DNA of 64,000 nucleotides. Source: Acidimicrobiia bacterium (GTDB lineage Bacteria; Actinomycetota; Acidimicrobiia; Spongiisociales; ZC4RG35). The notes under the pieces are model-generated. The model did no database searches. It saw only the letters and a list, made by a program, of their open reading frames with translations, and was not told where the DNA came from. The stretch covers positions 1,408-65,407 of the forward strand of contig DATDPT010000155.1 in assembly GCA_035292605.1 (NCBI GenBank), written 5' to 3'. Each line of letters opens with the position of its first letter. Positions within the stretch are counted from its first letter, which is position 1. Of this stretch, positions 13,830 to 22,449 are shown piece by piece. A program made the position numbers and the translations under genes.

Positions 13830-14974
13830 CAGACGACTCCGAGCTTCTCGCCCATCTCGGCAAAGGTGGAGGTCTTCCTTACGCCGAGGAGGTGGAAGGC
13901 CTCGCTATAGGTAGTGCGCCCTTCGAGGGTGTCAGCGATCACCGCTCTGGCGAAGGTCTTACTGACACGACGAGGCTGGGTGTTGTAGAAGTTGCCGCCA
14001 TCCCCGCCACCTTCGTCGGACAAGGAGAGCACCCGATCGAGTTCTTCTTCATATGCCGTTCGGAAGGCAGCCCACTCGAGAAAACCGGCTTCATAGACCC
14101 TTCGAAGGATGACGAGGGTGCTCACCTTGAAAATGCGTGCGAGTCGATTCAGTTCGTCGGTCAACTCCTCCTCGGGCTGATATCGACCCACGATCTCGTC
14201 GAGCGGGACCAAGAACTCGGCGGCGACTTCGTTACACCACGTCTCGACATCGCCAACAAATGGCCGTCCGAGGTTCACGTTGTCCAAACCGGATCGGCCA
14301 AGCCAGATGTGGGCCAGCTCGTGGGCGAGGGTGAATACCTGAGCAGCCTTGGTATCCGCCCCGTTCACGAAAACGGTGGGGGCGAGAGGATCGACCAGGG
14401 CGAAACCCCGGAATTCTCTTGGATTGAGCTTGCGTCGGGTGTTGCTTCCGACCACCCCGTTGACCATGACAAGGCACCCGATTTCCTCGGCGTTGTCGCT
14501 CAACCGTCGAAACGCATCGCTCCAGGTGTTGCCTCTCTGCTCGAGCCCAAACCCGAGGGCAGCCCGCATCTGGGTGGCCCCTTCGACCGGCGGCGTGTTG
14601 GTCGTGAAGGCCTCGACGAAACCAAGGGGATTGAACCCGACGGCCTCGGCGTAGAGGCGATACCACTCCTGGCGCTGCTGACACTGGTAGATGGTGTCGA
14701 GGAGATCAGGAGTCGGACGTCGGGCGGCGGCAGTCATCCTCCGAAAATCCCGGATCGGGAGCGGCTCCTCGGGTGGCTCGGCGAGGAAGAAGTATCCGAC
14801 CGGGGTAGCCGTGGCCTGGGCGAAGTTCTCGAGCTGTCGGAGCGTTGGCTGCCGCTCACCCGCCAGCCAATCGACGAACTGGGGAAAGCGGTCTCTTAGC
14901 TCCCCCTCATCGATTCGGGACCGCTCGGCTGCCCAAGCGATCAGCTCGGTCGGCACGTCCACTCGAACAACCAC
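13829..14974 (-). CDS. XRE-type HTH fused to ImmA/IrrE family metallopeptidase
   Basis: Track ORF of 381 aa. HTH-like N-terminus (PTLRQLENFAQATATPVGYFF) and HExxH in FTLAHELAHIWLG. Confidence 0.7.
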   Translation of the reverse strand: MVVRVDVPTELIAWAAERSRIDEGELRDRFPQFVDWLAGERQPTLRQLENFAQATATPVGYFFLAEPPEEPLPIRDFRRMTAAARRPTPDLLDTIYQCQQRQEWYRLYAEAVGFNPLGFVEAFTTNTPPVEGATQMRAALGFGLEQRGNTWSDAFRRLSDNAEEIGCLVMVNGVVGSNTRRKLNPREFRGFALVDPLAPTVFVNGADTKAAQVFTLAHELAHIWLGRSGLDNVNLGRPFVGDVETWCNEVAAEFLVPLDEIVGRYQPEEELTDELNRLARIFKVSTLVILRRVYEAGFLEWAAFRTAYEEELDRVLSLSDEGGGDGGNFYNTQPRRVSKTFARAVIADTLEGRTTYSEAFHLLGVRKTSTFAEMGEKLGVV

Positions 14975-15038
14975 TGTGTCATTCTTGCCGACGAAACGCA
15001 GAGGGGGGCGACTCCGCCCCTAGCGAGCCACCCCGGAG

Positions 15039-15530
15039 CTAGATGGCTGGAGGTCCGGTGTGTGGTGTCAGCGCTGCCGGCGGGCGGTGGAGATCACGGA
15101 TCCGGCCGTCATCGCCGCAGCAGTCAGATCCGCCGAGCTTGCCCGAGACTTGAGCTGGTCGGTGGTGAAGAACTCGATCTCGGCCAATCTGAAGTCTGAA
15201 TGCCGGCGCCCCAGTCAGGTCAGCGACCTGAACTCTCAGCTGACCGCCGCCAGCTCGGCCTACCCCCTGTGCATGGAGAATGGGCATTGTCTGCAGCTGA
15301 AGCGCTCGTTGGGCTGCGGTGGCGGATGCAGCAGGACTGGCGGCCGACGATTTGGCATGGGCGGAAAGGCGAGCGGTGTATACGACGTAGGCGATCGTCA
15401 CAAGAACCAAGGCGATTGTGGGGCCGACTTGCCACCACTGCTCTTCGTTCAAACCTAGAAACTCCTCCACCAGCCACCGTACCTCATCGAGTGCTCTCGT
15501 CTCGAGCGTCGGTGCCGTTTCCGGTGCCAC
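15039..15530 (-). CDS. hypothetical membrane protein (163 aa)
   Basis: Track ORF, GTG start. One clear TM segment (VGPTIALVLVTIAYVVY). The second half is Arg/Gly-rich and may not be genuine coding. Confidence 0.3.
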   Translation of the reverse strand: MAPETAPTLETRALDEVRWLVEEFLGLNEEQWWQVGPTIALVLVTIAYVVYTARLSAHAKSSAASPAASATAAQRALQLQTMPILHAQGVGRAGGGQLRVQVADLTGAPAFRLQIGRDRVLHHRPAQVSGKLGGSDCCGDDGRIRDLHRPPAALTPHTGPPAI

Positions 15531-15552
15531 TCAACAGCCTCGACGCAGGGAA

Positions 15553-15674
15553 CGGACGGAAACAGATCGACATGGAGAGTGACGACATTCCCCTATTTGG
15601 TGGTTCTTTGGGCATGAATTGGGATGGACCGGAAGCAACGGTGACTTCTATATACCTTCCACGTTATGTCAACT
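15553..15674. repeat. copy 3 (degenerate) of the triplicated dif-flank block
   Basis: Shares ATTCCCCTATTTGGTGGTT and CCACGTTATGTCAACTTGG with the other copies. The promoter-like element is GGAAT-N18-GAT, so the -10 is spoiled. Confidence 0.6.
15647..15674 (+). other. dif-like site S3: degenerate left arm, good right (XerD-type) arm
   Basis: TCTATATACCT|TCCACG|TTATGTCAACT. The centre is identical to S1 and S2, and the right arm differs from S2 at one base. Confidence 0.55.
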
Positions 15675-15723
15675 TGGTTGAATGGGAGCTCAATGGTGTC
15701 GATCTGGAAACAAAGCTAAGCCC

Positions 15724-16848
15724 CTACCCCAGCGCCGGGTCCTCACAGCTGCCGGCACTGATCCCGGGCAAGGGATTGAAGAAACGGGGCTCGTCTACAT
15801 AGCCGGCGCCCACATCATCGGCTTGGAGATAGGCCTGGATCGCGTCGGCGAGAGCGAGCGATGCGGTCTCGACGTACTCACGAGTGGCGATCATCTCTGC
15901 TTCGCTGGGACTGGAGACATAGGCCAGTTCCGCCAGCACGGACACCGTTTCGGGAAGCCGTACCATCCCGTAGGCGTCCTCTCCGTTGCTGTTGATCACC
16001 TGGAGTACACCGGAGTCGGGCGCCGCCGACCACTGGACGTCTTCTATGTGAGACAGGGCATCGACCACATGCTCCCAGATCAGCCCGCCCAGGCGTCGTG
16101 AGCGCTCGGAATCGCTCTGGATGAAGATCTCGGTGCCTGGAGCGGTTGACGGCCCCGGTGTTGGCGCATTGTGATGGATCGAGACCATGATCTTGGCACC
16201 GAGGTCGTCGGCGAGTTGGGACCTCACCCCGATGCGGACCGCATAATCGGCGGTGCGGGTCAGGATCACCGATATCCCCCTTTCCACGAGCAGACGCTCG
16301 GTGGCGAGGGCCAGAGTCAGGTTGGCGTCGGCCTCTCTCAGGCCATTGGAGCCGACCGCCCCCGAGTCGATCGAGCCGCCATGCCCGGGGTCGAGGACCG
16401 CCGTGACCTGACCTACCGGCTCTCCGTTGCCGACCGTGGCCGTGTTGTCGCACGGGGTCCGCACAATGAAGCCGGTGTTGCCTCGATCGAGAATCGCCAC
16501 CACTACCCCGGTTGGCGTGACCAGGGCGCCGGCGGCCAGTTCCTGGAAAGCCGAGGTAGTAGTTGTGGTCTCGACCATTGAGCTGGTCGTGGTGATCGGG
16601 CTGGTCGTGGTCGTGACCAGGGCAAGGGTCGTGGGACTGGTAGAGCCAATGACATCCCCTGTGGCATCAGCGCAAGCCGTGGAGATCGACAGCACCGTCA
16701 GGGCCATCACTACCCTTGCCCCGTGTTTGGCCCTCTCAACGGCGCCCGGGTTGCCCTGGTCGGGACTGCTTGTCTCGCGGGTCTGGTCGCTCTGATTGCC
16801 GGGTATCCGGAGGCGAGCGTCGTGCTTTTCGCGGCGGTGGTGGTACAT
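15724..16848 (-). CDS. N-acetylmuramoyl-L-alanine amidase (Amidase_3 family), Thr-rich linker; start uncertain
   Basis: Track ORF. VLDPGHGGSIDSGAVG...EADANL...MVSIHHNA are Amidase_3 motifs. Confidence 0.85.
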   Translation of the reverse strand: MYHHRREKHDARLRIPGNQSDQTRETSSPDQGNPGAVERAKHGARVVMALTVLSISTACADATGDVIGSTSPTTLALVTTTTSPITTTSSMVETTTTTSAFQELAAGALVTPTGVVVAILDRGNTGFIVRTPCDNTATVGNGEPVGQVTAVLDPGHGGSIDSGAVGSNGLREADANLTLALATERLLVERGISVILTRTADYAVRIGVRSQLADDLGAKIMVSIHHNAPTPGPSTAPGTEIFIQSDSERSRRLGGLIWEHVVDALSHIEDVQWSAAPDSGVLQVINSNGEDAYGMVRLPETVSVLAELAYVSSPSEAEMIATREYVETASLALADAIQAYLQADDVGAGYVDEPRFFNPLPGISAGSCEDPALG

Positions 16849-16908
16849 GGTCTGGGATGGCTCTATCTCTATCGTCAGCAGCGGGGCGGTCGCCCCGGCT
16901 GACCTCGC

Positions 16909-18615
16909 TCAGAATGTAAGCCCCTCCCCCACTTCCTCGGCCATCTCGGCGGCTCGGGCCGTCAGCTGACGGTGTCCCGCGTCGGGATCGGATCCAGGAT
17001 CCCCACGGAGATCGACGTAGACCTTGAGCTTGGGCTCGGTGCCCGAAGGCCGGACCAGGACCCTTCCCTCATCGGTCAACCTGATCTCGATCAGGTCCTG
17101 CTCCCCCAGCCAGATCGGGCGTGCATCGGCGCCGACCCGGTAGTCGGTCACCGACACGACCTCATGACCACCAACGGTGGTCGGGGGCCTCTCAGCCAGG
17201 ACTTCGACAGCCCTCCCGATCTCCTCCTGACCGGTGGGGCCGATGCGGCCAATCGAATATTGAGCACTGACCCAAAGGCCCACTTCGTTCCACAGGTCGT
17301 GGAGCCGGTCCAGAAGTGTCCGTTCCTGGGCTTGCTCCTCTGCGACCAGGTCGCAAAGGACGAGCGCGGCCGAGATGCCGTCCTTGTCCCGGACCGTCCT
17401 CCCTATCGAGTAGCCGAGGGCCTCCTCGTAACCAAAGGCAATCCGGCCCTCTCCCCTCGCCTCGAGGATGAGCCCGGCATTGATGATCCATTTGAACCCG
17501 GTGAGGGTCACCGCGTGGTGGGCTCCCCGTTTCCGGGCGATCTCACCCAGCATCGGGGAGGAGACCACCGAGTTGACCACTATCGGTGGTTGGGGATCAC
17601 GCCAATAACGCAGCACGTAATCTCCCAGAAGCACGCCCAACTCGTTGCCGCTGAGCAATCTCCACTCCCCTGCCGAGGGCACGGCGGCAGCGAGACGGTC
17701 GGCGTCGGGATCATTGGCGATCAACAGGGCAGCCTGTTCCTTCTCCGCCAGGGCAAGGGCCAGGTCGAGTGCGCCCGGTTCTTCCGGGTTGGGAAAGCTG
17801 ACCGTCGGGAATCTGCCATCCGGCGCCGCCTGCTCGGGGACCGTGAGGATGCCACTGTGATGGGCCTGGGCGCACAGCCGATTGAGAATCCTGGCCCCGA
17901 CACCGTGGAGTGGTGTGTAGACGATCCTGAATTCCGAAGTCTGAGGATTGGGTCTCGACCGGTACACCTCCTCCCGGTAGCTCTCGAAGATCTCCTCCGG
18001 CACCGGTGTCACCAGATCGGAGCTTCCGGCAAAAACCCCTTCGAGCCGGGGAACGTCGACGGCCGGCCCGGCCTCATCGATGGCAGCGGCGATCGCAGTG
18101 TCCGCCGGAGGGATGATCTGGGCCGCGTTGGATCCGTAGACCTTGTATCCGTTGTCCGCCGGGGGGTTGTGGCTGGCGGTGATCACCACCGCCGCCGGAG
18201 CACCAACATGCTTGGCGGTGTAGGCCACCAGTGGGGTTGGAGTCACCTCGGGGAAGAAACCGACCTGGATTCCCGCTGCCGCCAGGACACCGGCCACGTC
18301 TTCGGCAAATTGCCGGCTCGAAGGCCGGGCATCGAACCCCAGGATCACAGGGGCATCGGGTAGCCCCCCGCCCTGTTCTATCAGGTAATCGGCGAGCCCG
18401 CGGGTCGTCTTGATCACCACGGCTCGATTCATCCGGTTCGAGCCAGGCCCCACTTCGCCTCGAATCCCCGCCGTGCCGAAGCTGAGCGTCCCGCCCATCG
18501 CTCTCTCCAGGGCGGATAGATCCCCGGAGTCGATCATCCTTTGCAGGGCGGCGGACGTCTCCGGATCGGGGTCACCGGCGATCCAGGCGCGTGCTGCCTC
18601 GAGGATGTCAGTCAC
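16909..18615 (-). CDS. phospho-sugar mutase (phosphoglucomutase/phosphomannomutase family)
   Basis: Track ORF of 568 aa with the active-site loop TASHNPPADNGYKVY. Confidence 0.9.
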   Translation of the reverse strand: MTDILEAARAWIAGDPDPETSAALQRMIDSGDLSALERAMGGTLSFGTAGIRGEVGPGSNRMNRAVVIKTTRGLADYLIEQGGGLPDAPVILGFDARPSSRQFAEDVAGVLAAAGIQVGFFPEVTPTPLVAYTAKHVGAPAAVVITASHNPPADNGYKVYGSNAAQIIPPADTAIAAAIDEAGPAVDVPRLEGVFAGSSDLVTPVPEEIFESYREEVYRSRPNPQTSEFRIVYTPLHGVGARILNRLCAQAHHSGILTVPEQAAPDGRFPTVSFPNPEEPGALDLALALAEKEQAALLIANDPDADRLAAAVPSAGEWRLLSGNELGVLLGDYVLRYWRDPQPPIVVNSVVSSPMLGEIARKRGAHHAVTLTGFKWIINAGLILEARGEGRIAFGYEEALGYSIGRTVRDKDGISAALVLCDLVAEEQAQERTLLDRLHDLWNEVGLWVSAQYSIGRIGPTGQEEIGRAVEVLAERPPTTVGGHEVVSVTDYRVGADARPIWLGEQDLIEIRLTDEGRVLVRPSGTEPKLKVYVDLRGDPGSDPDAGHRQLTARAAEMAEEVGEGLTF

Positions 18616-18634
18616 AGGGCGAGGCTACCGATGG

Positions 18635-19633
18635 TCAGCGAGGTTGCTGCTGCCACCGCCAGGAATCGGCGCACATCTCGGCCAGATCCCTGGTCGTCTT
18701 CCAACCCAGCTCCACGCCGGCCTTGGACACGTCCGCATAGCTGGAGGCAACGTCGCCGGGCCGGCGGTTGGCGATCTCATAGGGAATCGGCCTTCCCGAC
18801 TCCTGCTCGTAGGTTCTAATCACTTCGAGGACGCTGTGGCCCTCCCCTGTGCCCAGGTTGTAGGTGAATACCCCGCTTTCCTCGCCATGACGATCGAGGG
18901 CGCGGACGTGGCCTTCGGCAAGGTCGACGACATGGATGAAGTCCCGCACGCCGGTTCCGTCAGGCGTGGGGTAGTCGTTGCCGAAGACACGCACCCTGGG
19001 GAGAAGCCCGGCTGCCACCCGGGCCACATAAGGCATCAGGTTGCTGGGTTCTCCCGCCGGGTCTTCCCCGATCAACCCGGACGGGTGCGCCCCCACCGGG
19101 TTGAAATAGCGGAGCAAGGAGACCGACCAATCCGGATTGGCCCGTTGCAGGTCACGGAGGACCTGTTCCATCATGATCTTGGTCCACCCGTACGGGTTGA
19201 CCGCGATCCCGGTCGGCATCGATTCGAGCAAGGGAAGCTCGACTGGGTCTCCGTATACCGTTGCCGACGAGCTGAACACGAGACATCTGACGTCGTATTC
19301 GAGCAGGGTCTCGACCAGCGCGATGGTCCCTCCGACGTTGTTGTCGTAATAGAGGAGGGGCTGCTCGACGGATTCGCCGACGGCCTTGAGAGCCGCAAAA
19401 TGCAGGCAGGCGTCGAATCCCCGGCTCACCACTTTCCTCATCGCATCGTGGTCCCTGATGTCAGCCTTCACGAACTCGGGTTTGGTGCCGGCTATCTGGC
19501 CGATGCGAGCGATCACCGAGGGATGTGAATTGGACAGGTTGTCGACGATCACCGGCTCGTGGCCGGCCCCGATGAGGGATATGGCGGTGTGGCTGCCGAT
19601 GAACCCGGCGCCCCCGGTGACTAGTACGCGCAT
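18635..19633 (-). CDS. galE: UDP-glucose 4-epimerase
   Basis: Track ORF of 332 aa. MRVLVTGGAGFIGSH, with YxxxK context, and GalE-like over the full length. Confidence 0.9.
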   Translation of the reverse strand: MRVLVTGGAGFIGSHTAISLIGAGHEPVIVDNLSNSHPSVIARIGQIAGTKPEFVKADIRDHDAMRKVVSRGFDACLHFAALKAVGESVEQPLLYYDNNVGGTIALVETLLEYDVRCLVFSSSATVYGDPVELPLLESMPTGIAVNPYGWTKIMMEQVLRDLQRANPDWSVSLLRYFNPVGAHPSGLIGEDPAGEPSNLMPYVARVAAGLLPRVRVFGNDYPTPDGTGVRDFIHVVDLAEGHVRALDRHGEESGVFTYNLGTGEGHSVLEVIRTYEQESGRPIPYEIANRRPGDVASSYADVSKAGVELGWKTTRDLAEMCADSWRWQQQPR

Positions 19634-19659
19634 GACTTGAGGTTAGAGGCCAGCCGTGA

Positions 19660-20757
19660 TCAGGCCGTCGGAACCGAGAGGACGAAGCTCGACCAACCGT
19701 CCTCGTAGCGATAGGTGAGGTCGCCTCCCATGAGACGGGCCAGCCGACGCGCCACCGTCAGGCCAAGACCAACAGAGTTCGGATGGGCGCCTCGACTCCC
19801 CATTTCGAAGGCTTTGAAGATCCGCTCCACGTCGGAGTCGGAAATGGCTACTCCGGAGTCCCTGATCTTCACCTCGATCCGATCACCGACTTTGGTCAGT
19901 GCCACGCTCACCGTCGGTCCTCCGTGGCGCAGGGCATTCGAAACCAGGTTCTTCAGGATCTGGCGGGTTCGCCTCGGGTCGGCTCGCACCTGTGACGAGG
20001 CATCGAACACCTGGAGGTCGATGGGATGGTCCTCCACTTCGAGCACCCGCTCGATCTCCTTGACCACGTCGAACACCTCAGGATGGACACTGACCCCATT
20101 CAGATCGTCCCCATATGCGACCAGGAGATCCTCGATCAGCCATGAGGCGTCGTCGGCCTGGCGAGCGATCATCTGTGCCATCTCACGGCGATCCTCATCG
20201 GTGAACGAGTCGTAGTTGTTGGCGAGCTCCTGACCGAGCCCCAGCATCGCAGCGATCGGGTTTCTCAACTCGTGGGACACCGTGGCAATGAACTCGTCTT
20301 TGGCCTTCTGGGCTTCGATCTTGTCCGTCACGTCGACCAAGGAGCCTTCGTAGAACATGACCTCCCCCGCCTCGTCACGGATGGCTCTCGCCGAGTCTCG
20401 AGCCCAAATCGTGGTCCCGTCCGGTCTTCTCAGCTCGATGTCGAAGTCGTAGACGACGCCGGTTGCACCGATCTCCTCGATCCAGCGCAGACGTCGCTCC
20501 GGGCTCACATATACGCTCTCGACCGATGCCACCTCGCTCTTCAGCTCGTCGACCGTCCCATATCCGAGAAGGGTCGCCAAGGCCGGATTGGCCGCCACCA
20601 ACTCGCCGTTGAGAGCGCTCCGATAGAAAGCGACAGGCATGCGCTTGAAGAAAGCGTTCAGGTCACCGACGTCGATCGAGTCGCGGACGATTTCCTCCCT
20701 GGGCTTGGCCCCGCTGCGAATCTTGGCCCTTGTCCCCCGGACACTATTCCCATTCAA
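19660..20757 (-). CDS. cytoplasmic PAS-domain sensor histidine kinase (no adjacent response regulator)
   Basis: Track ORF. H-box SHELRNPIAAMLG, plus N and G boxes (NLVSNALRHG, GLGLTVAR). Confidence 0.85.
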   Translation of the reverse strand: MNGNSVRGTRAKIRSGAKPREEIVRDSIDVGDLNAFFKRMPVAFYRSALNGELVAANPALATLLGYGTVDELKSEVASVESVYVSPERRLRWIEEIGATGVVYDFDIELRRPDGTTIWARDSARAIRDEAGEVMFYEGSLVDVTDKIEAQKAKDEFIATVSHELRNPIAAMLGLGQELANNYDSFTDEDRREMAQMIARQADDASWLIEDLLVAYGDDLNGVSVHPEVFDVVKEIERVLEVEDHPIDLQVFDASSQVRADPRRTRQILKNLVSNALRHGGPTVSVALTKVGDRIEVKIRDSGVAISDSDVERIFKAFEMGSRGAHPNSVGLGLTVARRLARLMGGDLTYRYEDGWSSFVLSVPTA

Positions 20758-20829
20758 TCTTCGTCACTTCCGGCGACTTCTCGCAATCGAGATCGAGCCC
20801 TGTGGAGTGCGCTTGTAGCGTGAGCCGGC

Positions 20830-21030
20830 ATGCGACAGCTGGTCGACTATGTCGTGATCGGTGCCGGTTCGGCTGGATGTGTGGTCGCCGAGGAGCTGTC
20901 AAGTCGTCACAGCGTCGCCCTCATCGAAGCCGGCCGCAGCGATCGGGCGCTGGAGGTGGCGATTCCGGCCGCGTTCTACAAGTTGTTCAAGACCGAGCGC
21001 TATTGGGCATACGAGTCGGAGCCCGAACCG
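20830..21030 (+). pseudogene. N-terminal remnant (~66 aa) of a GMC-family oxidoreductase
   Basis: DYVVIGAGSAGCVVAEEL...VALIEAGRSD...IPAAFYKLFKTERYWAYESEPEP is the FAD-binding start of choline-dehydrogenase-like enzymes. Similarity stops near 21027, and the rest of track ORF 20830..21156 looks non-coding. Confidence 0.6.
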
Positions 21031-21737
21031 TCGGGAAACTCGAGCTCGAATGTGAGCTGCGGCAGCGGTCGCTGGAAGCGCGCCAGCCCGTTCCACATCA
21101 GGTGGTCCATGAACACCCAGGACCGGCGGTGGATCGAGGTTGGCCCCCATGCCTGAAGGGCCGCCTTGTGCACCGGGCACGGATAGCCCTTGTTGGCTTC
21201 GAAGTTGTAACCGGGATAGTTGACAGCAGTCTCTCGCATGATCCGATCCCTGCTGACCTTCGCCAGGATCGAGGCTGCGGCGATCGACAACGAGCTGGCA
21301 TCCCCTCGGACGATTCGTTTCGCTCCTCCGACGAAATCCCAGTTGCCGTCCACGAGCACCTGGTCTGGTTTGACACCCAGCCGCTCGAGGGCGCGCCGGG
21401 CGGCCAGACGCTGTGCTTCGGACATCCCCAACTCGTCACATTCGGCAGGGCTGGCGTGCCCAACGGCCCAGGCGGCGCACCATCCTGCAATTCGATCGAA
21501 GAGGGCTTCACGTTCGTCCTCTTTCAGCATCTTGGAGTCACGGATCTTGTAAACCCTCGTCGTGGCAGGGATCACCGCGGCGCCAACGGTCAGTGGGCCG
21601 GCCCAGGAGCCACGCCCAACCTCATCGACGCCAACCACGATTGGAGCCCCCGCGGCCCAGAGCGCACGCTCCACTTCCAATCCCGGTGCTCTTCTTTTCA
21701 GGCTCGGCCTCAGCTTGGGCGCGGTGACAACGGTCAT
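21000..21737 (-). CDS. rnhB: ribonuclease HII
   Basis: Internal ATG of track ORF 21000..21881. Contains the VGVDEVGRGSWAGPL motif. Confidence 0.9.
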   Translation of the reverse strand: MTVVTAPKLRPSLKRRAPGLEVERALWAAGAPIVVGVDEVGRGSWAGPLTVGAAVIPATTRVYKIRDSKMLKEDEREALFDRIAGWCAAWAVGHASPAECDELGMSEAQRLAARRALERLGVKPDQVLVDGNWDFVGGAKRIVRGDASSLSIAAASILAKVSRDRIMRETAVNYPGYNFEANKGYPCPVHKAALQAWGPTSIHRRSWVFMDHLMWNGLARFQRPLPQLTFELEFPDGSGSDSYAQ

Positions 21738-21802
21738 CCAATGGGCAGAGTAGGTGTCCCCGGCCCGACGCAGCGGTCTTGGTGTCGTTTGCTTGCGGTG
21801 GC

Positions 21803-22381
21803 TCAATTCAGCGCAACGTCGTCGGGAAAGGTGGAGACCAGGGAGAGATATCCATTCTGGCGGCGAAGAACTCTCGCCCATTGGCCCTCGGGCCGGTCGA
21901 ACGGGTCATCGGGCGCCGCCTGGACCAAATACCAAGATCCTTCTGCGATCTCGGCTTCGAGCTGGCCGGCGCCCCACCCCGCATAGCCGGAATAGATGCG
22001 AATCCGGCTCGGATCACCCGGTGGGCTGGTTGAGAGATCGACCAGTGTCACCCCGGGGAGGGGTGTGGGATCACCGCCTCCTCGCGGCCCCAGTGCGATC
22101 GCCATCTCCGGCTCCACCGGCCCCCCGTAGAAGACACGCTGTGGCTCATTCGACTCCGCAAACCACTCGGGCAGGTGATCGACGACGAGCTCCGGTGTCG
22201 GGCGGTTGAGCACGAGCCCAACGGTGCCCTCGTCGTCGTGTTGAAGCATGAAGATCACCGTCCTCCAGAAGTGAGGATCCATCAGAAGTGGTGTTGCGAC
22301 CAGGAGCTTTCCGGCGTGGGTCTCGATCACGCGGTCATCGTGCCATACGTCTTTGATTGCCGCATTACTGATCTCCCGCAA
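21803..22381 (-). CDS. YqgE/AlgH family (UPF0301) protein
   Basis: Track ORF. LLVATPLLMDPHFWRTVIFMLQHDDEGTVGLVLNRP. Confidence 0.85.
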   Translation of the reverse strand: MREISNAAIKDVWHDDRVIETHAGKLLVATPLLMDPHFWRTVIFMLQHDDEGTVGLVLNRPTPELVVDHLPEWFAESNEPQRVFYGGPVEPEMAIALGPRGGGDPTPLPGVTLVDLSTSPPGDPSRIRIYSGYAGWGAGQLEAEIAEGSWYLVQAAPDDPFDRPEGQWARVLRRQNGYLSLVSTFPDDVALN

Positions 22382-22449
22382 TTCGAATGGGCGGATAGTC
22401 TGTCGGCATCAAGATTCGATTCTCGTCACGCTCCGTAGGTCATCTACTC

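Larger units (their letters stand above)
11983..15646. mobile_element. module B: ~3.7 kb dif-site-bounded cargo module (all genes on the minus strand)
   Basis: Bounded by S2 and S3 and by copies 2 and 3 of the flank block. It contains an ImmA/IrrE-DUF4411 pair and a frameshifted gene. Composition is closer to the host than module A, so mobility is less certain. Confidence 0.4.

Noticed and set aside
13823-14899. 358-aa plus-strand ORF, plus similar long ORFs at 16972-18363, 18410-19528, 20730-21986, 29747-30925, 36682-37599, 45240-46073, 52725-53933 and 54000-54692
   Set aside because: Each is antisense to a gene with clear family motifs (ImmA/IrrE, phosphomutase, galE, rnhB, gcvT, the SBP, ispH, ald/pyrG). 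All have Arg/Gly/Pro-rich composition with no recognisable domains.
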